Source: Flavobacteriales bacterium
Lineage (GTDB): Bacteria; Bacteroidota; Bacteroidia; Flavobacteriales; UBA7430
Direction: 5' to 3'
Length of the DNA stretch: 64,000 nucleotides
Assembly: GCA_028110365.1 (NCBI GenBank)
Contig: JAOGVT010000002.1
Coordinates: forward strand, 19,180 to 83,179
Below the pieces are notes generated by a model. It had not been told where the DNA came from. It searched no databases and was given only the letters and a program-made list of their open reading frames with translations. The position numbers and the translations under genes were made by a program. This document shows, in pieces, positions 8,601 to 16,599 of the stretch. Numbering within the stretch: position 1 is the stretch's first letter; each line of letters starts with the position of its first letter.

Positions 8601-10403
8601 AAGCGTTCCTTCAGAAACGTAACCTTCGAGCGTTCCAGACAGTAAAACGTCTCCATAAGAATCAGTAATTGTAACTACAGCAGAATTCCATCCATCTCCG
8701 TAAGAATCATACATAGTAAAAGTTTGACAACCGTCTTCTAAACAGGCTTGAGTAGATTCAGCACTTCCAGAAAAACCACCGATACTCCATGTAATTTCTG
8801 AATCCCATGAACCACCACCTACTTGAATTGAAACAGAAGTTAAACCAGAACAGTCAATCGGATACTCACAAGAGCCATCGTCTTCTACAGCTGCAATATT
8901 ATAATTTAAAGCTAGCGTATCCATACATCCAGCAACTGGGTATAGGCAGGAGTAGTTGTCAGCCGTAGCTTCAGCATTAAAGTTCAAGGCAGTCGAATCT
9001 GTACATCCAAATACAGGGCCACAACCTTCGCCTCCAAAAGCACCTTCAAAAGGAGCACCACCAGAAATCAACACAACACCATTCACGTCAGTAATCTCCC
9101 ATGACACTTCTAGTGGCCATGAGCCAGCATCACAAGTTACATCGACACAACCTGCAGAGGAATCGTAACAAACGACTCCAGAACCAGAACTTCCTGATGC
9201 AATAGTTAATGAAACTCCATTTACAATTAAAGCAGCTCCATTCCAACCATCACCGTAAGAATCAGACATTGTTACGATAAGCGTTTCACCAGTCGTACAG
9301 TTTCCAGCACAATCGTAACCTGGAGCTGGGCCATCACCGCCACACTCACCACATTCATCAAATGCAGCACAAGTACCATCATCAAAAATCATTGATGAAT
9401 CAAAATTACACGCATTTTCATCAGTACAACCACTACACGAACTATTGTCTCCTCCACACTCACCACAATCGTCAAGTTCAGCACATGCACCATTATCGTA
9501 AATCGCTTCCGAATCGTAATTACAAGCAGTAATATCCATACATCCGTATTCACTATTCACATCAGCATTGTCATTAATCCAATCCAAAACATGAGAAACT
9601 TTAGACCATACACCAGGGTAAAGTACGTCTGCACAACCATAACCCCAACTAGTAGCACCAATTAGTAACCATCTAGAATTATCAGAACTTCGAACTACAA
9701 GAGGACCACCAGAATCACCCTGACAAGCATCTTCTCCACCATTTATAAGGTCACCCGCACATATCATTGAGGCATCAAGAGAAGTGCAAGGGTATTGTCC
9801 TGAATTACCATTCTCGTCATTTGCAGAACCACAAGCAACATCATTCTCTACAATAGGAGCTTCTACCATCTGTAAAACAGAAGCTAAACCACCACCAGAA
9901 GAGGTTGTACCCCAGCCAGTAATAACGGACATAACTCCACCGTCTTGAGCACCGGCAGCAATTTCATTTTCATCTATTAGATCTATTTTCTGAATAAATG
10001 CACTATACTCAAACTCACCATTGATTTCTACCAAAGCAAAGTCGTATGAATTTCCAGAATAATCTGGATGTACTATAATTTGATTTACAGAATAAGACTC
10101 TCCACCTGATGCAAATGATGCTGTTGCACCACAACGAATATACAAACCACTAGGGCTGTCTCCGTTTACACAGTGAGCTGCGGTTAAAACCCAAGAATCC
10201 CCAATAATAGAACCTCCACAAAACCCGCTTCCATTAGGACTAGAAGTTAAGGCTACTTGCCATGGATAATCTTTGATTTCAACATCTACACCTCCCACAA
10301 CTTTTTGCTGAGCAGAGACATTAAAAGATAAAATAAGAGTGAGCACAAAAGTTAAATTCCGGATGATTTGGAAACAATTAATTGGGGGAGTAAATATTGT
10401 CAT
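5616..10403 (-). CDS. Giant secreted S1A (trypsin-type) serine protease, paralogue A, with a Cys-rich module array, an embedded Kazal-type domain and a T9SS-CTD-like C-terminus
   Basis: 1595-aa ORF with a signal peptide (...SFNVSAQQK). The S1A motifs are VVGG (aa 35), WVLTAAHC (His77), DFALVEI (Asp121) and DACQGDSGGP (Ser231, nt 9711-9713; Asp at the position-189 equivalent). It has 10 two-Cys motifs and 5 canonical DSYGDGWN[GS] units. A Kazal-like segment spans aa 943-979. The C-terminus reads ...VLVKVINVLGQEVVV...VLFNVYNDGTVEKMVK. Confidence 0.9.
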   Translation of the reverse strand: MTIFTPPINCFQIIRNLTFVLTLILSFNVSAQQKVVGGVDVEIKDYPWQVALTSSPNGSGFCGGSIIGDSWVLTAAHCVNGDSPSGLYIRCGATASFASGGESYSVNQIIVHPDYSGNSYDFALVEINGEFEYSAFIQKIDLIDENEIAAGAQDGGVMSVITGWGTTSSGGGLASVLQMVEAPIVENDVACGSANDENGNSGQYPCTSLDASMICAGDLINGGEDACQGDSGGPLVVRSSDNSRWLLIGATSWGYGCADVLYPGVWSKVSHVLDWINDNADVNSEYGCMDITACNYDSEAIYDNGACAELDDCGECGGDNSSCSGCTDENACNFDSSMIFDDGTCAAFDECGECGGDGPAPGYDCAGNCTTGETLIVTMSDSYGDGWNGAALIVNGVSLTIASGSSGSGVVCYDSSAGCVDVTCDAGSWPLEVSWEITDVNGVVLISGGAPFEGAFGGEGCGPVFGCTDSTALNFNAEATADNYSCLYPVAGCMDTLALNYNIAAVEDDGSCEYPIDCSGLTSVSIQVGGGSWDSEITWSIGGFSGSAESTQACLEDGCQTFTMYDSYGDGWNSAVVTITDSYGDVLLSGTLEGYVSEGTLSFGLNTDEQCGPVLGCTDTLALNFDVEATSNDGSCTYPVSGCMDSLAFNYNELAVGDDGSCVYPQDCDTANSLTLMMYDSYGDGWNGNAFTASSNGQEIASATLLGSESEGVASFCLNDGCYVITVDGGSWQSEVSWDLVNQDGAVVLSGNAPYESSLALNFEGECGLIYGCTDSLALNFNPAATADDNSCTYPVVGCTDSLALNYNPDAVQDDASCEYPIDCEGLTLVVIDVTAGFYSQEVSWQLNDFPGEVGATQYCLEDGCHTFIMIDSYGDGWNGSIVTITTSTGEELLTGTLQAGYSGDMLFSLNAECGYVYGCTDPSALNFDNTATIDDGSCEYGCVCPEIYDPVCGFDGITYSSSCHASCAGVESVYAGECEIIVDPILGCTDISALNYNLAATQDDGSCEYPVNCEGYPALLVVNNASFGDEHSWSVTDESGLMLYTDGQYSDNSVVDVELCLESNTSYSIILSDSYGDGWNGGTFSILSDDLSCELASGGMEQGQEATFDFTTSCDGDNPGVDIPWEVMVTGSNHTLVIDGAAQIDLGDVEIEIGDVLGVFYSDENGDLQCGGMATWTGSTNLIAAQGDDTTTDEIDGFSSNEAFVWMVWDTSEGLAYMANAEYEAMMSNQGNYITNGISALSTLTSISSVSDQTMDMPFGWSIFSTYLTFESMDLVTLLSSIFDQIIICKNNAGAAYLPEYGFNGIGDVELGQGYQIKLRNEITITAEGEYLAPEENPTILTAGWNMIGYIRLEPADASAVLSDINSSGNLVIAKDFAGNAYLPEFNFNGIGDFVSGQGYQLKVTNDDVLNYLSNEESYRVSSIGVTNNYSSHFERALRTDNNMTVVIDDASWDVLPKDGAEIAAFDAYGTLVGSAKYTSPVTVLTVWGDDALTSSKDGLNATEVSSFKLWSNNQTNTFEVTKWVEGSSTYTTNEINVASSIVTNTSSVALISSGRVLVKVINVLGQEVVVDDSFTGEVLFNVYNDGTVEKMVK
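7059..9548 (-). repeat. In-frame module array of protease A: 10 two-Cys ~24-aa motifs (mostly in doublets) separating five blocks that each pair a DSYGDGWNG-type unit with an SW-x-SEVSW-type unit
   Basis: Read from the translation. Example motifs are FGCTDSTALNFNAEATADNYSCLYP and AGCMDTLALNYNIAAVEDDGSCEYP. Example units are TMYDSYGDGWNSAVVTITDSYGDVLLSGTL and TVDGGSWQSEVSWDLVNQDGAVVLSGNA. Confidence 0.75.
7467..7577 (-). other. Kazal-type (Kazal_2-like) serine protease inhibitor domain embedded in protease A
   Basis: aa 943-979 read CVCPEIYDPVCGFDGITYSSSCHASCAGVESVYAGEC. This has six Cys and the Y-x-P-V-C-G-x-D-G-x-T-Y core typical of Kazal domains. Confidence 0.75.
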
Positions 10404-10670
10404 GGTTTTTTTTTATTTATAATTTTAAAACTACGACAATTATCTTGCCAAAAAAAATCTCATAAAAAAACCAACCAGAGAATAAGAACTAATAACTCAA
10501 AAAATAAAGGGAAAATTAAGATTGAATTTGGTCAGATCAAAAGGTTGTGTACTTTTACGCTATTAGAATGAGAGGGGCTATTTTACATTAAAATTAGTTG
10601 CTAAATAAGTCATCTGGTTGTCGATATTCCTAAACCTGTAAAATTAAAGTTAACAATTGTGTAGCCATTT

Positions 10671-11642
10671 ATGAATTGGAAGGATAAAATTTTTGCCAAA
10701 CATACAGAAGAAGCATTTGAAATGTTAAGTTTGGAGGTATTTCGTTTTCAAGCACAAAACAATTCTATCTACAAAAAATACCTTACCTTTTTAAATATTG
10801 ACGTTGCGAGTATTAAAACACTAAACGCCATACCCTATTTACCCATAGCGCTTTTTAAGTCGCACGAAGTTATTTGCAAGCCCAACAAAAGAGCTGCAAC
10901 TTACACAAGTAGTGGAACAGGAGGAACGCAAAGCAAACATATTGTTCATGACCTAAGTATCTATGAAGAAAGTTTTATTAAAGGGTTTGAGTTTTTTTAC
11001 GGTTCAATAAAAGAGTATACCATTTTAGCACTTCTCCCTTCTTACCTGGAAAGAAAAGGTTCGTCTTTACTATATATGTGCGAAAAAATGATCGGAATTT
11101 CAGAAAAAAAAGAAAGTGGGTTTTATTTGAATGAGCATGAGTTGCTGTTTAAAACACTTAAAAAATTGGAAAGCAAAAATAGAAAAACACTTCTGATAGG
11201 TGTTAGTTTTGGTTTACTCGATTTTACAGATAATTATAAAATGAAATTGAAAAACACTCTTGTAATGGAAACAGGAGGTATGAAAGGACGAAGAAAAGAA
11301 TTAATTAGAGAAGAACTTCACCAAACTTTAGCTAGAGGATTTAACCAAAAAGAAATTCATTCAGAATACGGCATGACCGAGTTATTGTCTCAGGCCTATT
11401 CTAGAGGAAACAAACGATTTGAATGCCCACCTTGGATGCAGGTTTCTTGTAGGGATACCAGCGACCCATTATCGAATGGAAAAAAAAGCGGAGGGTTAAA
11501 TATTATTGATCTAGCAAACGTGTATTCTTGTAGTTTTATTGCCACCCAAGATCTCGGAAAAATTTACAGTAACGGGCAATTTGAAGTTTTGGGTAGATTT
11601 GATACAAGCGACATTAGAGGATGTAATTTAATGGTCTTGTAA
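10671..11642 (+). CDS. LuxE/PaaK-like acyl-protein synthetase family protein (annotated 'acyl transferase' in flavobacteria)
   Basis: 323 aa. The adenylate-forming motif YTSSGTGGTQSKH is present, together with METGGMKG and YGMTELLSQAY. The overall pattern resembles LuxE-family proteins. Confidence 0.6.
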   Translation: MNWKDKIFAKHTEEAFEMLSLEVFRFQAQNNSIYKKYLTFLNIDVASIKTLNAIPYLPIALFKSHEVICKPNKRAATYTSSGTGGTQSKHIVHDLSIYEESFIKGFEFFYGSIKEYTILALLPSYLERKGSSLLYMCEKMIGISEKKESGFYLNEHELLFKTLKKLESKNRKTLLIGVSFGLLDFTDNYKMKLKNTLVMETGGMKGRRKELIREELHQTLARGFNQKEIHSEYGMTELLSQAYSRGNKRFECPPWMQVSCRDTSDPLSNGKKSGGLNIIDLANVYSCSFIATQDLGKIYSNGQFEVLGRFDTSDIRGCNLMVL

Positions 11643-11667
11643 AACAGCTATACGCTCCAATTGCAAA

Positions 11668-12942
11668 TTACACGAATTTTAATAAATAGTAATTCTTTTT
11701 TCCTTTTTGAATAAGTACGTATTTGTCGTTTAGTAAATCGCTGTTGGTTAGGCGTTTTTCTTCAGAAACTTTTTCTTTGTTTACACTAACGGCATTTGAT
11801 TTAAGCATTCGTCTGGCCTCTCCGTTTGATGAGAAAACTTCAGATTTTTGAGCTAATAAATCAACAATATTTAAACCTGCTGTAAGTTCTTTCTTGTCAA
11901 CTTCAAACTGGGGTACACCCTCAAAAATATCGAGTAAATCTCGTTCCTCAATATTTTTCAACTTATCAGAAGTGTTTTTACCAAATAAAATTTCAGATGC
12001 ATCAACGGCTCTATTGTACGCTTCTTCACTATGCACTCTTATGGTAACATCTTTTCCCAAGGCTTTTTGTAAAACTCTTAAGTGTGGCGCCGCTTCGTGC
12101 TCGGCAATTAAAGTGTTTATTTGAGCTTCATCTAAAAGAGTAAATATTTTTATGTAGGTTTTAGCATCTGTGTCAGAAGAGTTTAACCAATATTGGTAAA
12201 ACTTGTAAGGAGAAGTACGTTTAGAATCTAACCATACGTTTCCACCTTCGGTTTTACCGAATTTAGTTCCGTCAGCTTTTTTGATTAAAGGCGTTGTTAT
12301 GGCAAAAGCTTCACCTCTAGCCTTCCTTCTAATAAGCTCTGTTCCAGTTACTATATTCCCCCATTGGTCTGAACCCCCTAGCTGAAGTTTGCAGTTTTTT
12401 GCGTTGTACAAATGTAAAAAATCATACCCTTGTACTAACTGATAGGTAAACTCGGTAAATGACATTCCTGTTTCCAATCGAGATTTAACCGAATCTTTAG
12501 CCATCATATAATTTACACTTATATGCTTACCAACATCTCTAATAAAATCAAGAAAATTAATTTCCTTAAACCAATCGAAGTTATTGACCATTTCAGCAGA
12601 ATTTGCGCCACAATCAAAATTTAAAAAACGAGCTAATTGTTCATGAACACAATTTACATTGTGATCTAGCACATCGGAAGAAAGCAAGTTTCGCTCTTTA
12701 GATTTTCCGGACGGATCGCCTACCATTCCTGTAGCACCACCAACTAGAGCAAAGGGTTTATGACCTGCTCTTTGCAAATGAACTAGGGTCATGATTTGAA
12801 CCAAAGACCCTATATGAAGAGAATCTGCTGTAGGATCAAATCCTATGTAAGCAGAAGTCATTTCTTTTTCCAATTGCTCTTGGGTTCCTGGCATGATATC
12901 GTGAATCATACCTCTCCATTTCATTTCATCTACAAAGTTCAT
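11668..12942 (-). CDS. tyrS: Tyrosine--tRNA ligase
   Basis: 424 aa. It has [14 protein letters not shown] (HIGH motif), KFGKTEGG (KMSKS-like motif) and a C-terminal S4-like domain. Confidence 0.95.
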   Translation of the reverse strand: MNFVDEMKWRGMIHDIMPGTQEQLEKEMTSAYIGFDPTADSLHIGSLVQIMTLVHLQRAGHKPFALVGGATGMVGDPSGKSKERNLLSSDVLDHNVNCVHEQLARFLNFDCGANSAEMVNNFDWFKEINFLDFIRDVGKHISVNYMMAKDSVKSRLETGMSFTEFTYQLVQGYDFLHLYNAKNCKLQLGGSDQWGNIVTGTELIRRKARGEAFAITTPLIKKADGTKFGKTEGGNVWLDSKRTSPYKFYQYWLNSSDTDAKTYIKIFTLLDEAQINTLIAEHEAAPHLRVLQKALGKDVTIRVHSEEAYNRAVDASEILFGKNTSDKLKNIEERDLLDIFEGVPQFEVDKKELTAGLNIVDLLAQKSEVFSSNGEARRMLKSNAVSVNKEKVSEEKRLTNSDLLNDKYVLIQKGKKNYYLLKFV

Positions 12943-13019
12943 AAAGGGTCCATTTTAGGAAGCGTAAAAATAGGTGTTTTATTCTATTTATAAAACTCTG
13001 TATTTATTATCTTTCGGAC

Positions 13020-14036
13020 ATGATATTAGTTACAGGAGGTACAGGTTTAGTTGGATCACATTTACTCTACAATCTTTGCAAAAAAGAAAGTAGCTTACGT
13101 GCAACAAAAAGAGAAAAATCAAATTTAGATTTGGTTAAAAAAGTCTTTGGCTATTATACCGATGACCCATTAAGTCTCTACAATAAAATAGAATGGGTAG
13201 AAGCAGATCTACTAGACCTTATTGGATTAGAAGAGGCTTTTAATGGTATTACAAAGGTATACCATTGCGCCGCTTGGGTAAGTTTTACGCCAAAACATAA
13301 AGCGAAAATGCTTCAAACTAACATAAGTTCTACAGCCAATATTGTGAACTTATGTTTGCACTATAACGTTGAAAAACTCTGCTATGTGTCTTCGGTTGCT
13401 GCCATTGGCAAACCCCAATCAAACAAAAGCATAGATGAAACATTAAATTGGAGCGATGGGCCTGAAAATAGCAACTATGCTTTAAGTAAATACAACGCTG
13501 AGCTTGAGGTATGGCGTGGTATTGAGGAAGGTCTAAACGCTGTAATTGTAAACCCCGCTATTATTTTAGGCCCTGGAGATTGGAATAAAGGAAGCTCCTT
13601 ATTGTTTGATCTAATTGCCAAGGGCATGCAATTTTACACCACCGGAACAAATGGCTTTGTAGATGTTAGAGATGTTAGTAATACAATGATCAATCTAATG
13701 GAGTCAAACATAAATGGAGAGCGATTCATTTTGTGTTCAGAAAGTATTCCATACAAACAAACCTTCGATTACATTGCTGACGCAATGGGTAAAAAAAGGC
13801 CTAGTATAAAAGTTGGTGCGTTTTTAAAAGCTGTTGGATGGAGGTTGGCTAAAATAGCAGCTCTTTTTACTGGAAAAACACCCCTAGTTACAAAAGAAAC
13901 AATGCAGTCTGGGAGTTCTGTATCCACTTATGAAAATATTAAAATAAAAGAAAAATTGAACTTAAAATTTATTCCTGTTGCGCAAAGCTGTAAAGATTTT
14001 TCTGAACTGTATATGAAAGAAGTAATAAACAAATAA
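13020..14036 (+). CDS. NAD-dependent epimerase/dehydratase family protein
   Basis: 338 aa. It has the N-terminal Rossmann motif ILVTGGTGLVGSHL and the YALSK catalytic Y-x3-K. Confidence 0.8.
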   Translation: MILVTGGTGLVGSHLLYNLCKKESSLRATKREKSNLDLVKKVFGYYTDDPLSLYNKIEWVEADLLDLIGLEEAFNGITKVYHCAAWVSFTPKHKAKMLQTNISSTANIVNLCLHYNVEKLCYVSSVAAIGKPQSNKSIDETLNWSDGPENSNYALSKYNAELEVWRGIEEGLNAVIVNPAIILGPGDWNKGSSLLFDLIAKGMQFYTTGTNGFVDVRDVSNTMINLMESNINGERFILCSESIPYKQTFDYIADAMGKKRPSIKVGAFLKAVGWRLAKIAALFTGKTPLVTKETMQSGSSVSTYENIKIKEKLNLKFIPVAQSCKDFSELYMKEVINK

Positions 14037-14042
14037 TAAGAA

Positions 14043-14372
14043 CTACTCCATCATTTGTATGCGAGTTAAAACAGAATCTAATAGGGATTCCATTTTACGA
14101 GGTTCTTTTGCGTAAAAAGTAAAGCTATCTTCAAAATCTTGGAGGCTAAATTCTTTGTCTAAAAATAAACCTGAGTAATAATTTCCCAAACTCAAACTAT
14201 CTTCACGAACGCCATCTAACATATTTAACTGTGCTGCAGACTCCAACAAATGTACCTGAACTAAAGCCTCAATCATTTGCCCCTCAGTCAAAAAAGTTGA
14301 AGGGATATTGGTGTTTTTGTCAGAACAAGAAAATATCGTTGTTAAAAGAACTAAAAAAACTGATTTCTTCAT
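14043..14372 (-). CDS. DUF4296-like lipoprotein
   Basis: 109 aa with a lipoprotein signal (LLTTIFSC). It overlaps the stop of the upstream dihydroorotase gene by 4 nt. The small protein resembles the DUF4296 partner found after pyrC in flavobacteria. Confidence 0.55.
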   Translation of the reverse strand: MKKSVFLVLLTTIFSCSDKNTNIPSTFLTEGQMIEALVQVHLLESAAQLNMLDGVREDSLSLGNYYSGLFLDKEFSLQDFEDSFTFYAKEPRKMESLLDSVLTRIQMME

Positions 14373-15703
14373 GAACGATCAAATTCTAAACGCATTCCTC
14401 TGGTCGTTTCATCAAACACTCCCTGATTGTAAACCAAATTACCATTAACAAAGGTCTTACTTACAGAGGATTTAAAAACGGTACCTTCAAAAGGAGACCA
14501 AGCGCATTGGTATAAAATATTTTGTTTTGTTACCGTCCATGGTTTGTTGGGGTCTACGACCACCAAATCGGCAAAAAATCCTTCCCGAATAAAACCCCGA
14601 TCTTTCAGCTGGAAACAATCTGCAGGAGCATGACACATTTTAGTAACAATCCACTCCAAACTCACTTTTCCTTGATGATAAAACTCAAGCATAGCAACCA
14701 ATGCATGCTGAACCAGTGGACCTCCCGAGGGCGCTTTAAAATAGGTGTTTTGTTTTTCTTCTAGCGTATGAGGTGCGTGGTCTGTTGCAATAATATCTAT
14801 TCTATCGTCCAATAAAGCAGACCAGATCGCTTCTTTGTCCTTCAGCGATTTTACGGCAGGATTCCACTTTATCAAAGTCCCCTTTTCGTCGTAACTGCGC
14901 TCATCAAACCAAAGGTGATGGATGCAAGCTTCGGCTGTAATTTTCTTTTTCTTTAATGGGATGTCATTACGGAATAAAGCTGTTTCCTTTGCTGTAGAAA
15001 TGTGTAAAATATGCAATCGAGTATCGTGTTTTTTGGCCAATTCAATAGCCATAGATGATGATTTATAGCAAGCCTCATCATTTCGTATCACAGGATGAAA
15101 TCGAATGGGTAAATCTTCACCGTACTCGGCTTTCATCTTCGCCGAATTTGTACGGATGGTTTGTTCGTCTTCGCAATGCACAGCAATAAGCATTTTGCAC
15201 TTAGAAAAAATTGAATTTAACACCTCTTTGTCATCTACCAACATATTCCCTGTAGAGGAGCCCATAAATATTTTAACCCCCGCAACACGTTTGGGATCCG
15301 TTTTTAAAACCTCCTCTAAATTCTCGTTTGAGGCGCCCATAAAAAAGGAGTAGTTGGCTAGAGAATCTTTAGCGCCAATAAGGTATTTATCTTCTAATAG
15401 TTCTTGACTTAATGCTTGGGGAACGGTGTTTGGCATCTCCATAAAAGAAGTAATTCCACCAGCAACAGCAGCTCGAGCTTCTGTGTAAATCCTACCTTTG
15501 TGAGTTAAGCCTGGCTCTCTAAAATGAACCTGATCATCAACAATTCCGGGTAGTAGAAATTTACCTTCTAAATCTATAACTTGTGCAGCAGCATCACTTA
15601 TAAAAGGAGCTATTTTTGAAATACGTTGACCTTCAATAAGTAAATCCGCCTTAATTATTGATCCTTCGTTTACAATTTGGGCGTTTTTAAGTAGCTTCTT
15701 CAT
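14369..15703 (-). CDS. pyrC: Dihydroorotase (amidohydrolase superfamily)
   Basis: 444 aa. The metal-binding motif DDQVHFREPG is present, with later HCED and ATDHAPH motifs. Confidence 0.85.
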   Translation of the reverse strand: MKKLLKNAQIVNEGSIIKADLLIEGQRISKIAPFISDAAAQVIDLEGKFLLPGIVDDQVHFREPGLTHKGRIYTEARAAVAGGITSFMEMPNTVPQALSQELLEDKYLIGAKDSLANYSFFMGASNENLEEVLKTDPKRVAGVKIFMGSSTGNMLVDDKEVLNSIFSKCKMLIAVHCEDEQTIRTNSAKMKAEYGEDLPIRFHPVIRNDEACYKSSSMAIELAKKHDTRLHILHISTAKETALFRNDIPLKKKKITAEACIHHLWFDERSYDEKGTLIKWNPAVKSLKDKEAIWSALLDDRIDIIATDHAPHTLEEKQNTYFKAPSGGPLVQHALVAMLEFYHQGKVSLEWIVTKMCHAPADCFQLKDRGFIREGFFADLVVVDPNKPWTVTKQNILYQCAWSPFEGTVFKSSVSKTFVNGNLVYNQGVFDETTRGMRLEFDRS

Positions 15704-15716
15704 TTGTTGTACTCGA

Positions 15717-16454
15717 CTATTCTTGTTTGTAGCTCACGAAAATACTTTTGAGTTTCATTTGAATAACGCCAAAAAATGCCTCGTAAAATATTGAAGAACT
15801 CATTTTAGACTCTCCTTCTGTTCGATCCGTAAAAATAACGGGAACTTCTTTTATCTTGTATCCAAACTTCCAGGCTTTAAACTTCATTTCTATTTGGAAA
15901 GCATAGCCTACAAATGTAACGTTAGAGCGTAATACATTTACAATTACATCTCTTCGGTAACATTTAAAACCAGCCGTGGCATCGTTTATTGGCAAACCTG
16001 TAATACCTTTTACATAGCGCGATGCAAAATAAGACATCATGACACGACCAATAGGCCAATTAATCACATTAACTAGACCACCTACGTAACGAGAACCGAT
16101 GGCCATATCATTGCCGTCTACAGCACATGCACTGTACAAGCGAATTAAGTCGTTTGGATTGTGAGAAAAATCACAATCCATTTCTATAAAATAACTGTAC
16201 TCTCTTTCCAATCCCCAATTAAAGCCATGAATATAGGCTGTACCCAGACCCATCTTACCCGTCCTTTCTTCGATGAAAAGCTGAGAGGGAAATTCCTTTT
16301 GCAAGTCTTTAACTATGGAAGCAGTTCCATCAGGAGAGCCATCGTCAACGATAAGTACGTGGTAGCTTTTAGGCAAAGAAAAAACGGTGCGAAGCATTTT
16401 TTCAACGTTTTCTTTTTCGTTGTAAGTAGGTATTATAACTAGAGAATCTGACAT
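15717..16454 (-). CDS. Polyprenol/dolichol-phosphate mannosyltransferase (GT2 family)
   Basis: The motifs VIIPTYNEKEN and LIVDDGSPDGT are present. The ORF track starts at a TTG at 16475. I prefer the ATG at 16454 (MSDSLVIIPTYNE), which gives the usual short N-terminus. Confidence 0.8.
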   Translation of the reverse strand: MSDSLVIIPTYNEKENVEKMLRTVFSLPKSYHVLIVDDGSPDGTASIVKDLQKEFPSQLFIEERTGKMGLGTAYIHGFNWGLEREYSYFIEMDCDFSHNPNDLIRLYSACAVDGNDMAIGSRYVGGLVNVINWPIGRVMMSYFASRYVKGITGLPINDATAGFKCYRRDVIVNVLRSNVTFVGYAFQIEMKFKAWKFGYKIKEVPVIFTDRTEGESKMSSSIFYEAFFGVIQMKLKSIFVSYKQE

Positions 16455-16568
16455 GTTTAGTAAGTTGAAGAGCAAATGTAACGGAATTTTTTTATTTTTT
16501 ATTTTTTTATGGTCGCGAAAATCATTTTCATTTGAATTAAATTTTCTTTGTAATTCCCTTATATTTAG

Positions 16569-16576
16569 TAAATTTG
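16569..16576 (+). promoter_or_regulatory. Bacteroidota-type -7 box (TAAATTTG)
   Basis: It matches TAnnTTTG and lies 23 nt upstream of the ATG at 16600. Confidence 0.4.
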
Positions 16577-16599
16577 CTAAACTTTAAAAACCCCTTCCC

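Noticed and set aside
951-10403. Tandem protease genes as an assembly duplication artefact
   Set aside because: The copies differ throughout: different S1 pocket residues, Kazal present or absent, degenerate versus canonical units, and only partial nucleotide similarity even in the conserved tail. They are genuine diverged paralogues.
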